NCBI GenBank assembly: GCA_944383315.1
Contig: CALWPB010000003.1
Location: 294-64,293, forward strand
Direction: 5' to 3'
DNA length: 64,000 nt
Source: an uncultured Clostridia bacterium
GTDB lineage: Bacteria > Bacillota > Clostridia > Christensenellales > UBA1242
In this document: positions 9,634 through 18,812 of the stretch, piece after piece
Layout: each line of letters opens with the position of its first letter
Position numbering within the stretch: the first letter of the stretch is position 1
Notes under the pieces: generated by a model
The model's input: only the letters and a program-made list of their open reading frames with translations
What the model was told of the DNA's origin: nothing
The model's database searches: none
Made by a program: the position numbers and the translations under genes

Positions 9634-10968
9634 ATGGGAAATTTGTTTGGTACAGACGGAATACGTGGAATAGCAAATGAGAAAATAACAGCCGAAACAG
9701 CACTAAATTTAGGCAAAGCATTTGCGATTAATTTATCCAAAAATGCTTGCTTTCGGCGAGTTATAGTTGGTTGTGATACTAGGACGTCAGGGCAAATGCT
9801 CGTATCCGCTTTTGTTGCGGGGCTAAATAGTCAAGGCTTTTCGGCAGTCTTACCAAACATTTTGCCAACTCCAGCATTGAGTTATCTTACACGCAGTCTA
9901 GACGTGGATGGCGGGATAATGATAACAGCCAGTCATAATGCGCCCGAATTTAACGGAATTAAGTTTTATGACAAGGACGGCAACAAATTAGAGAAAGTAG
10001 AACAAGACAATATTGAAAAAATTTATTTTGAAATAGATAGTTATCTTGGCTGCGAACCTATGGAAATAGGCAGCAATGAAGAAAATGAAGATTTAACTAA
10101 ACTTTGGGTCGACCACTTAATAGATACGCTCAAAGTACCTAGCCTTAATGGCTTGAAAATTGCACTTGATTGCGCAAATGGCGCCGCTTTTGCAGTCGCT
10201 CCGTACGTGTTTAAGTCGTTAGGGGCTGTCGTTACTTCGTACAACAATTTTGATAACGGCGCAAAAATCAATGTTGATTGCGGAAGCACTCACATAGACG
10301 GTTTTATTGCTGAATGTGTGTCAAATGGTGTCGACTGGGGGTTCAGTTTTGACGGTGATGCGGATAGAGTACTAGTAGTTTCGTCTACTGGAGAATTGCT
10401 TGACGGAACGGATATTTTGTACATTTTTGCTAAATATTTAAAAGATAAAGGCGAACTCCCGCACGATACAGTAGTATCAACTATTATTACAAATTGTGGG
10501 TTAGAGCACAGTTTAGAAAAATTAGGCATAAAAATGGTTAGCACACAGGTGGGCGGGCTCTTTATTCAACGAGAAATGCTCGCGCACGGCTACTGTTTGG
10601 GCGGGGAAGAAAACGGACATATAATGTATGACACGATTTCACCCGAATCTTGCGGAATTACCGCCGCATTAATGCTCCTAAAAATTGTTAGCGAATGTGG
10701 AAATGTTGAAAAATTACTCGCAGGGCTTGAACGCACAAAAGTTGTCAATGCAGATATTCCAGTAAGCGAACGCCAAAAGGTGAAAGTGGCAAGCGGCGCG
10801 CTAGATGATTATGTCAACGAATTTGAAAATGCACTAGGCTCAAAAGGGCGTATAGTTGTGCGCCCGAGCGGTACAGAAAGCGTAATTAGAGTGTTAGTTG
10901 AAGGCGATGACATACAATTACTAAATAATATTTGTGAAAAGTTAGTTGACCGCGTCAACACAATTTAA
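9634..10968 (+). CDS. glmM: Phosphoglucosamine mutase
   Basis: GTDGIRG and TASHNAPEFNGIK motifs, 444 aa. Confidence 0.92.
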   Translation: MGNLFGTDGIRGIANEKITAETALNLGKAFAINLSKNACFRRVIVGCDTRTSGQMLVSAFVAGLNSQGFSAVLPNILPTPALSYLTRSLDVDGGIMITASHNAPEFNGIKFYDKDGNKLEKVEQDNIEKIYFEIDSYLGCEPMEIGSNEENEDLTKLWVDHLIDTLKVPSLNGLKIALDCANGAAFAVAPYVFKSLGAVVTSYNNFDNGAKINVDCGSTHIDGFIAECVSNGVDWGFSFDGDADRVLVVSSTGELLDGTDILYIFAKYLKDKGELPHDTVVSTIITNCGLEHSLEKLGIKMVSTQVGGLFIQREMLAHGYCLGGEENGHIMYDTISPESCGITAALMLLKIVSECGNVEKLLAGLERTKVVNADIPVSERQKVKVASGALDDYVNEFENALGSKGRIVVRPSGTESVIRVLVEGDDIQLLNNICEKLVDRVNTI

Positions 10969-10970
10969 CA

Positions 10971-10998
10971 AAAAGCATAGCACTCGCTATGCTTTTTT
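10971..10998 (+). terminator. Intrinsic terminator after glmM
   Basis: GCATAGC-ACTC-GCTATGC followed by T6. Confidence 0.75.
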
Positions 10999-11081
10999 GA
11001 ATTTTTTTTGTCTTTTAAATATTTTTTTTGGGCAAAAAATGTAAAAATGTGCAAATTTATTTTACTAATTTTCATAAAAAA

Positions 11082-11090
11082 TGTTAAAAT
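11082..11090 (+). promoter_or_regulatory. Extended -10 element TGTTAAAAT of surface-protein paralog 1
   Basis: The same 9-mer occurs at the equivalent position (28942-28950) upstream of paralog 2. Confidence 0.4.
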
Positions 11091-11123
11091 AACTATATAC
11101 TAAATAAAAGGAGAAGAAAACAA

Positions 11124-11231
11124 ATGCCTTATATAAGGACTAAAAGTCTATCTAGTGTGCGGAGAGAAGAAAGAGAGAAACAACAGAATACCCGCTCTAA
11201 AATAGCGAAGGGGGTGGTATTATGCAGTTAA
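11124..11231 (+). CDS. Upstream leader ORF (35 aa) overlapping the start of paralog 1
   Basis: My translation is MPYIRTKSLSSVRREEREKQQNTRSKIAKGVVLCS. AGGAG SD lies 10 nt upstream. The stop at 11229-11231 overlaps the main ATG at 11222. Confidence 0.3.
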   Translation: MPYIRTKSLSSVRREEREKQQNTRSKIAKGVVLCS

Positions 11232-13421
11232 GTGCAAAAGCAAGGCTAATAAGTATCATAGTAGCGGTTGTGTTTATGTTTGGTGCACTCGCAGGCACAG
11301 GTACATACCTAATCATTAACCACATAAACAAATCAAACGCCACAACGGAAACAACCTTAAGTATTAGCGGCAACTTATACAACACAGACGGCTCACTCAA
11401 TGCAAGCGCAGTATCTCAATTTGTAGACAAACTAGACTTTATTTTAGACGGAGCAGAGTATAAGAGCCCTACCATAGCAGACAATGCAGGCGTAACGGCA
11501 ACAAACAGTTTTATCTTTAATATGGGCTATTATGTAGACCCACAAGGTACAATGCACACAAACAAGCCAATCACTTGGCAAGCAGTATACGCTCGCAATG
11601 GTTATTTAACAATATGGATGATAAAAAATTACACTACAAGTGATTATAATGATAAAGGTTACGACGTAACGCCGGGCAGTCCATTTACTGATACAACAGA
11701 GTATACAAAAGGACCGTATGAGTCTAGGCACAATTATTCACAATCAGTATTAAGAGATGTAACAAATCGAATCTATGATTTGATAGTATTGGATGATAAA
11801 TTAGACAAATTTGATACAATAATAGTCACACCAACACAAGCAAATATGGGTACTAATTGGCAAACTACGCAAGACAATGCAGGTTGGTCTGTTATGAATG
11901 GGTTGGGTTCTAATACAGGGACAACAAATCCCCATAGCTTATCCTATTCTAGTTGTATGAGTGATAAATTTTGGATACCTAGTTATTATGAAGCATTTGG
12001 AAAAGATACAGGGACAAGTAACTATACATTTAATGGTGGCTTATGGGGCTTGACTGATACTGATGTTAAATTTAGCACGGTGCGATTAGATACTAATACA
12101 ACCACTACTGATGGTAGTGATAGTGGTGCGGGTGATAGTAGGTATTGCTGGCTGCGCTCCAGCTCTTTGTAGTCGGCTGGTCTGCTCGGGGGTTCTCCTC
12201 GGGCGCGTTTTTTTTCTTCTCGGGTTTTCGTGCGCGGGCGGCGTCCGTCCTGCCGCTCATCTCTCTTTAGAATCGCTAGCCAACGCAGTTGGCTATACTA
12301 TCTCCGCGAGCTTGGCGAGCGGCTCCGCGCACGAGAGTGCGCAGGTAAATAACTCTTCCGCTTGGAGCGGTAAATATACCAACGGGCAAGGTGATTTAAA
12401 TATAACATACACATCTAACTCAAATTATTATATCTCTTCAATCACGCTCAACGGAACAAGCGTAACTATCAACACAAGCGCGCCCACAGGATATGCAACA
12501 TTATCAAACGTCTGCCAATACAAAGTTTGGCGTAATAATGCTAATACGGTAACGGTTACCTTAAATAATTGTACCGCAGCGGTGAACGTCGTGGGGGACG
12601 TTGGCAATACCCTAAGGTTGAGTAATGAAGGGGGAGCAAATGTATCTAGCCTAAGTTATTCCCGCGCCACATACGACACAACCACCGCCACAATAACAGG
12701 AGCGGTAGCGAGCGGATACACTCCACAGTTACGGTACGGGGCGAGTGAATACGCCACCTTATACAACACAAGCGGTAGCGGAACACTCGGTGGCATAAAC
12801 TATAGTTACACAAAAACAGGTACAACCAACTTTTCAATAACAATTACGGGGATATCAACGGGAATTACCAACATTCCCACAGTATACATAAACGCAATAA
12901 ACCAAGTACAAATAACATTTAATACAACAGGCGGAGACGGTACAGTATCACTAAAAACAGGGAACTTCACAATAGGTAACCAAATCACCGTATACGCAGC
13001 ACCAGCCCAAAACAACGCCTTTTTGTATTGGATAGACTCCACAGACCCTAGCAATATAATCACCACAAATCCGCTTGTTGCCACAGTACAACAAGCCAAA
13101 ACATACACCGCAGTATTCTCAAACAGTCTGCTAGACGGGGTTGCGGTTGGTGCAACGGCTGGCGGTGAAGTACGTATGGTTGGCTTTAACGCGGATACAA
13201 TCACCGATACGGATACAGTTACCCTAATTGCAGTGTGTTATACAGGGTATGAATTTGCAGGCTGGTACATTAATGGCGAATTGCTCTCGGGTTACGGAGA
13301 GAGCGCCCGCGTGCAATATAGCGAAATAAAAGATAAAATGATAACCGCTGTATTCACACCAATAAACCAAAACAGCACAAATGACGAAACAGATAACAAC
13401 TATACAGACGACTTTGTGTAA
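11222..13421 (+). pseudogene. Surface protein paralog 1 (N-terminal TM anchor, DUF6273-like domain, InlB B-type repeats), disrupted by a frameshift plus TAG at 12161-12172
   Basis: Two overlapping ORFs (11222-12172 and 12111-13421) together align along their full length with the intact paralog at 29195-31123. The W-L-R-S motif is in frame 1 and G-V-R-P-A is in frame 2. The loop is 79 nt here versus 81 nt in the paralog. Confidence 0.65.
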
Positions 13422-13748
13422 ATTTTTAGATATAAAGTATTATCTACGTCGTCGCGAGCCAATAAATCGCGCGGTTATGTATTAGTATATACACGCCCTT
13501 GCGATTTTTGGCATGCTCCTAGTATCTAACACCTTATATCTAAAAATAGGAAATTCACTCTTTTGTGCATATAGGCACTGCGGACTGTTTTTGCGTAAAA
13601 CCACCACGCAAAAAGCGCTACTTTCCGCATTTTTCCCGATATGCAAGTATATCGATTGTATAAAAACAGAGTACAAAACAAGTGCTCTGTTTTTTTGTAT
13701 TTAAAATTCCCACAGTATAAATTATAAACTGTTGCAAAATATAAAGTT

Positions 13749-15398
13749 ATGAAGTATCAATCTTTTATGGGCGGAGTTGCCGTTTTGTTTGCAGGCGGAG
13801 CGATTGCCAAAATTTTGGGCGCTGTGTACCGTATTCCGCTTACGTGGATATTGGGAGCCGAAGGCTTGGGAATTTATCAACTTGTATTTCCCGTGTTTTC
13901 GCTACTGATAGTGCTGGCTAGTAGTGGTATGCCGACTTCAATTAGTAAAATGACAGCCACAAGGCTTGCGCACCACGACTATGCGGGAGTGCGTACGGTG
14001 TTCCGCGTCAGTATAATCACAATGTTAATAGTTGGGGTAGTGGTAAGTGCGCTTGTGTTGGGGCTTGCGTCAGTGATTGCAAACGTTCAAGGTAACGCGC
14101 TTGGCACTCTTGGATATGTGGGCATTGCTCCCGCCATTCTTTTTGTGTGTTTGCTTAGTGTGTTTAGGGGGTATTTCCAAGGGCATAGCAATATGATACC
14201 AACAGCCCTTAGCCAAATTGTAGAGCAAGCGGGGAAACTGATTTTTGGGTTACTGTTTGCTTATTTATTGGTTGGCTACGGCATAGAATATGGCGCATTT
14301 GGGGCAATACTCGGGGTTACTTTGAGTGAAATAATCGCTGTAACGGTGTTATATGTTATTTATTTAAAAAATAGACAACCAGCACCGAACTATTCGCAAA
14401 ACGGGTTGCAGAGTACATTGCATAGTACCGTTACCGCGGGGGCGCAGAGCGCACAAGCACAAGGAGTTAATCACAAAACACAAGACAAGAATAGTTTTAA
14501 GTCCACGTTTAGCGAACTCATACGTACAAGTACTCCAATAGTGCTTTCAAGCGTAACTTTGCCGCTCCTTGTTATGTTAGATAGTTTTTTTGTCGTCAAC
14601 TTATTAAATCAAGCGGGGTTTGATTCGACCACTGCCACGATTTTGTGGGGTATAGATAGTGGGGCAGTAAATAGTTTAATTAATATGCCTATTGCACTTT
14701 GCTTGGCGGTTGCTGTGTCCGTTGTCCCTGCGATTGCAGCGCTAAACGATAAGGCAGAAATAAATGTGAAAATCAACAAAGCATTGGCACTAACCTTTGT
14801 CTTTTGTCTGCCTGTGATTGCTGTGTTCTTGGTGCTGCCCGAAATACTTACTGATATTCTTTATCAAGGAAGCCTTGGGGGTGCGGAATTTTTGCATATA
14901 GCCAGCAATCTGTTGCTTCTAGGCACTCCCACAATTTTAGCAGGTTCGGTATTGCAGGTGCAAAATAGCGCATTGCAAGCCCTAGGCAAAGGGAATATTA
15001 CAATGTACAATATGCTTTTTGCAGGAGTTATCAAAATAGGACTAACCCTGCTACTCGTACCTATGGCTAGCATTAATATTTATGGAATTGCTCTTTCAAG
15101 CCTTGCATTCTATATAGTTGCCGTTGTGTTGAATGCTATATATTTAAGGAAAAAATTAAGTTTTAGATTTAGTATAAAGCCCGTTTTACCGAGCATAGCA
15201 GGAGCGAGCCTATTGCTGCTATTTTTTGCAAACGTAGTTGTTTTACCAATATCGCATATTTTGATTGCTGTTCTTGCGGTATCGGTGGGGATAGTATTGT
15301 ACCTGTTTACTCTTTGGGTGTTTGGGTTTAATTTTACAGAAATTTTTCCATTTTTGAAACGAAAAAGTGTTAAAAAAGTTGATTTAGGCAATACTTAG
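13749..15398 (+). CDS. MOP-superfamily flippase (MurJ/SpoVB-like polysaccharide biosynthesis protein)
   Basis: 549 aa, polytopic, N-terminal GAIAKILGAVYRIPLTWILGAEGLGIYQ typical of the family. Confidence 0.8.
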   Translation: MKYQSFMGGVAVLFAGGAIAKILGAVYRIPLTWILGAEGLGIYQLVFPVFSLLIVLASSGMPTSISKMTATRLAHHDYAGVRTVFRVSIITMLIVGVVVSALVLGLASVIANVQGNALGTLGYVGIAPAILFVCLLSVFRGYFQGHSNMIPTALSQIVEQAGKLIFGLLFAYLLVGYGIEYGAFGAILGVTLSEIIAVTVLYVIYLKNRQPAPNYSQNGLQSTLHSTVTAGAQSAQAQGVNHKTQDKNSFKSTFSELIRTSTPIVLSSVTLPLLVMLDSFFVVNLLNQAGFDSTTATILWGIDSGAVNSLINMPIALCLAVAVSVVPAIAALNDKAEINVKINKALALTFVFCLPVIAVFLVLPEILTDILYQGSLGGAEFLHIASNLLLLGTPTILAGSVLQVQNSALQALGKGNITMYNMLFAGVIKIGLTLLLVPMASINIYGIALSSLAFYIVAVVLNAIYLRKKLSFRFSIKPVLPSIAGASLLLLFFANVVVLPISHILIAVLAVSVGIVLYLFTLWVFGFNFTEIFPFLKRKSVKKVDLGNT

Positions 15399-15411
15399 AG
15401 CGGGGTGTAAG

Positions 15412-15696
15412 ATGAACAAATCAGATTTAGTCAAAAGTATTTCGCAAGAATGTATGATTCCAATCAAAACAACGCAAAAAGTACTCGATAGTATGCTAAA
15501 TTTAATCACCGAAGCATTGCTACGTGGGGAAGTGGTTAGCCTGTCTAATTTTGGAAAATTCTTCGCAAAATACTCTCGCGGGGCTGTAAAAAGTGTGCCA
15601 AGTACGGCATTGCGCGTGTCCGTTCCGCCCAAATTTGTACCAAAATTTAGCGCTTTTAGGGCATTGAAACGCCGTTTTTTGCTAAATTTTGGCTAA
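15412..15696 (+). CDS. Divergent HU/IHF-like DNA-binding protein
   Basis: MNKSDLVKSIS...TTQKVLDSMLNLITEALLRGEVVSLSNFGKF matches the HU N-terminal fold. The beta-arm is not canonical. Confidence 0.6.
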   Translation: MNKSDLVKSISQECMIPIKTTQKVLDSMLNLITEALLRGEVVSLSNFGKFFAKYSRGAVKSVPSTALRVSVPPKFVPKFSAFRALKRRFLLNFG

Positions 15697-15805
15697 AATT
15701 GGGCATTTTAAGGCCAAATTTGCCAAAAAATCGCGTAAATCGTTTGGAGAAGAGCCCAAAATATGATATACTGCTTTTAACATTACAAAAAGGAGAATTT
15801 AAGTA

Positions 15806-16081
15806 ATGAACAAACAAGAATTTATTTCAGCAGTTGCTTCAAAAGTAAATATGAGCAACGTTGAAACAGCAAAAGTTGTAAACGCAGTTCTTGACGTAAT
15901 TCAAGAAGAAATGCGCGCTGGCAACAAAATTATCCTAACTGGCTTTGGTCAGTTCGAAGCTCGCGTTCGCGGTGCTCGTACAGGTATCAACCCTGCAACT
16001 GGTGCATCTATCAAGATTGCCGCTTGCAAAGTTCCTGCATTCAAGGCAGGCAAGGGTCTCAAAGACGCTGTAAACGCATAA
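15806..16081 (+). CDS. hup: DNA-binding protein HU
   Basis: FGQFEARVRGARTGINPATG arm motif, 91 aa, AAGGAG SD. Confidence 0.95.
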   Translation: MNKQEFISAVASKVNMSNVETAKVVNAVLDVIQEEMRAGNKIILTGFGQFEARVRGARTGINPATGASIKIAACKVPAFKAGKGLKDAVNA

Positions 16082-16086
16082 ATTAT

Positions 16087-16111
16087 AAAAGAGCGCAATG
16101 CTCTTTTTTTT
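16087..16111 (+). terminator. Intrinsic terminator after hup
   Basis: AGAGC-GCAAT-GCTCT followed by T8. Confidence 0.8.
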
Positions 16112-16129
16112 ATTTGTTATGGAGAAAGT

Positions 16130-17050
16130 ATGAAGATAGGAACATTAAATATAGATAACCCCTTTATTTTAGCACCAATGGCAGGCTTTACAGACGCGTG
16201 TTTTCGCCAAATTTGCGGGGTCGCGGGGGCGGGACTGCTGGTTACCGAAATGGTGAGCGCGCGCGGGCTAATATATGGCTCCGAAAATACTCGGGAATTA
16301 CTCGTAAAAGGGGCGGAGCCGACTGCGGTGCAGTTGTTTTCAAATGAGCCCGAAATTATGGCTGATTGTGTGCAACTTCCCGAAATCGCGCCTTTTTTGG
16401 CTATTGATATAAATATGGGTTGCCCAATGCCAAAAATTGTTAATAATGGTATGGGCAGTGCAATGCTTCGTGATATGACGACTGCTAGCAAGGTTATTAC
16501 AGCTGCCAAACTCAATACCCCTAAACCAGTAACAGTTAAAATGCGTATAGGCTGGGACGAAAATATCAATGCTGTTGAATTTGCGCGTATGTGCGAAGCA
16601 AGTGGGGCTGACGCGATATGCGTGCACGGCAGAACGCGTGAGCAAATGTACACAGGGCGGGCAGATTGGCAAGTGATTAGCGAGGTTAAAAATGCTGTTA
16701 ATATCCCCGTAATCGGCAATGGAGATATTACGAGTGCGGAAGAGGCGCATCGTGCTATTGCTGAATACGGAGTAGATGGAGTGGCGATAGGTCGCGGAGC
16801 ATTGGGCAATCCGTGGTTGTTTGCTACTCTAAGCGGTAAAAGTTTTGACTATTCACCGCTTCAAGTTATACTGTGGCACTATCGACTTGCGGTCGATTTC
16901 TACGGTGAAAAACGCGCAATTCCTTTAATGCGCAAAATTTTAAGTTGGTATTTAAAGCGCGCGGGTATACCTAAGAATGTGCGTGCCGAAATGAACACAA
17001 TTTCAAATTACTCGCAACTTGTGGAAATGTTAAATAATGCTTTTGTTTAA
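16130..17050 (+). CDS. dus: tRNA-dihydrouridine synthase
   Basis: APMAGFTD, NMGCP and GRTREQ motifs. Confidence 0.9.
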   Translation: MKIGTLNIDNPFILAPMAGFTDACFRQICGVAGAGLLVTEMVSARGLIYGSENTRELLVKGAEPTAVQLFSNEPEIMADCVQLPEIAPFLAIDINMGCPMPKIVNNGMGSAMLRDMTTASKVITAAKLNTPKPVTVKMRIGWDENINAVEFARMCEASGADAICVHGRTREQMYTGRADWQVISEVKNAVNIPVIGNGDITSAEEAHRAIAEYGVDGVAIGRGALGNPWLFATLSGKSFDYSPLQVILWHYRLAVDFYGEKRAIPLMRKILSWYLKRAGIPKNVRAEMNTISNYSQLVEMLNNAFV

Positions 17051-17055
17051 AAGTG

Positions 17056-17095
17056 AAAAATCGCCTTAATTTATTTGCTTTTGGGGCGATTTTTT
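17056..17095 (+). terminator. Intrinsic terminator after dus
   Basis: AAAAATCGCC...GGCGATTTTT. Confidence 0.7.
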
Positions 17096-17152
17096 AGTAT
17101 CATATAATTAATGCATCTTGAATTAACGTTTTAGATTTAAAAGGGAAAGGTT

Positions 17153-18796
17153 ATGGCTGTAGTTTACTTGGTTGTGTTGACACTTGCTGGTCTAGGCATA
17201 CTGCTATACGGTATGTCCCTTTTCAGTCGGGCATTAGAAACTTCATTAGGCTCTGGTTTTAGTAAACGTTTTTCAAAAGTTGCTTCAAGTCCAATGCAAA
17301 GTTATTTGGTAGGTGGCGGGCTTACGTTTATCACCCAGAAAGTAACCCTTGTGTGTGGTATGATAATGGGTTTTGTTGACGTTGGGACTATTAGCGGTAG
17401 GCAAAGTATCGCATTTGTGCTGGGTATCAGTTTCGGTAGCGCACTATCTATGATACTAATGATGTTTCAAGGCTTTAACCTTACTACATTTTTGACATTG
17501 TTCTGTATTATCGGTGCATTTTGCGCACTCTTTGTCCGTTCAAGCAAGGGACAAAAGATAGCACAAGGGTGTATTGGCTTTGGAATGTTGTTTTTGGGTA
17601 TTGAGTTGGTAGGTACTTATTCAACAGAGATATTCCAAATTGAAGCCGTGTACAATTTCCTTAGTGCAATAAGTCATCCTGCTGTTGTAGCAATAATAGG
17701 ACTTGTAATAAGTTTTGTAACAACGAGTACTTTTGCGAGCCTTACCGTGCTTGCGGCCCTAGTAGGCGCAAGTGCAGGGGCGGGACCTGTAACTATAGAA
17801 GCAGCATATCTAGGAATGCTTGCTATCGGCATAGGTTCTGCACTCTCTGACTATGTTTACACAATTTCGGGACAGTCTGTCGAAGCAAAACGAGTCGTAA
17901 CTTTTCACGTTTTGTTTAGGTTGTTTACTTTTATAATATTCTTCCCATTATATTTTAGCCCGCTTATTTCGTGGCTATATGTAGGAGTGGGGGAAAGTGC
18001 TGTGCTAACACTTATTATAGTGCATATGGTGCAAATGACTTTGCCAAGCCTAATTCTCTTGCCATTTTCCAAACCACTTTCGACCCTTATGGAAAAAATC
18101 GTCCCAAACAAAAAATCAAAAGACGACATATACAGCGAATTTGTGCTGCCTGATAATGTTGCAAACGTGTTTAGTGTAGGTTATCCATCGTTGCTAAAAT
18201 CAACAAAACGGCTGCTCGAAATAAACAAAGATTTGTCAAAGCAACTGCTTTCAAGAATAACCGAGAAAAAGGAAATTCGTGGAATTTCTGGTAAAATAAA
18301 AGGTTTTGAAAAAGTCGTAAAAATTACATCAAATACGACAATTAGACTTTCAAGCAAGGTCGCCGAAAGCGAACTGCCAAAACTAAATACTTTGCTCAAT
18401 ATCCTAAGTGATATTTCGTATCTTGCTGATTGTAATAACAAACTATATAGCGTAGGTACGGATATAATCAAGAAAAATAAAAGCATAATTGAAGCGCAGG
18501 GAAAGGATATAATAAAAATTTTTGGAGAAATGGAAACATTTTACGATTTGGACACTGCGCTCATAGAAACACTTATAAATGGGCAAAATATTGATAATAA
18601 ACAGTTGAAAATTGCTTTGGAACACAATAGACGTATCTTTTCACTTTGCCAGAAAAACAAGAAATCAACTTTTTCTGACTATCGTAAAACGGGACATTAT
18701 CCGCGCGGTACGGAAACTTATTTTGGTATTATTGCAGTACTCGAAGATGCGAATGTTGACCTTGCGAATATTTCAATTAAACTGGGAATTCTTTAA
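17153..18796 (+). CDS. Na/Pi cotransporter family protein with PhoU-like C-terminal domain
   Basis: 547 aa. Polytopic N-terminal half (LLYGMSLFSRALE...) and helical soluble C-terminal half. Confidence 0.7.
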   Translation: MAVVYLVVLTLAGLGILLYGMSLFSRALETSLGSGFSKRFSKVASSPMQSYLVGGGLTFITQKVTLVCGMIMGFVDVGTISGRQSIAFVLGISFGSALSMILMMFQGFNLTTFLTLFCIIGAFCALFVRSSKGQKIAQGCIGFGMLFLGIELVGTYSTEIFQIEAVYNFLSAISHPAVVAIIGLVISFVTTSTFASLTVLAALVGASAGAGPVTIEAAYLGMLAIGIGSALSDYVYTISGQSVEAKRVVTFHVLFRLFTFIIFFPLYFSPLISWLYVGVGESAVLTLIIVHMVQMTLPSLILLPFSKPLSTLMEKIVPNKKSKDDIYSEFVLPDNVANVFSVGYPSLLKSTKRLLEINKDLSKQLLSRITEKKEIRGISGKIKGFEKVVKITSNTTIRLSSKVAESELPKLNTLLNILSDISYLADCNNKLYSVGTDIIKKNKSIIEAQGKDIIKIFGEMETFYDLDTALIETLINGQNIDNKQLKIALEHNRRIFSLCQKNKKSTFSDYRKTGHYPRGTETYFGIIAVLEDANVDLANISIKLGIL

Positions 18797-18812
18797 AAAA
18801 GAGGTATAAATT

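Noticed and set aside
12170-12172. In-frame TAG in paralog 1 as a recoded sense codon (pyrrolysine or an alternative genetic code)
   Set aside because: TAG terminates other well-defined genes here, such as rplU at 25704-25706 and ftsQ at 33835-33837. The downstream motif is also in a different frame, so a frameshift is needed in any case.
16117-16809. 230-aa antisense ORF opposite dus. The same applies to 31784-32410 opposite murA, 12806-13204 opposite paralog 1, 46693-47145 opposite tkt and 34439-34897 opposite rnr.
   Set aside because: The sense-strand genes carry unambiguous family motifs. The antisense products are Ser/Pro/Ala-rich, as is typical of reverse frames.
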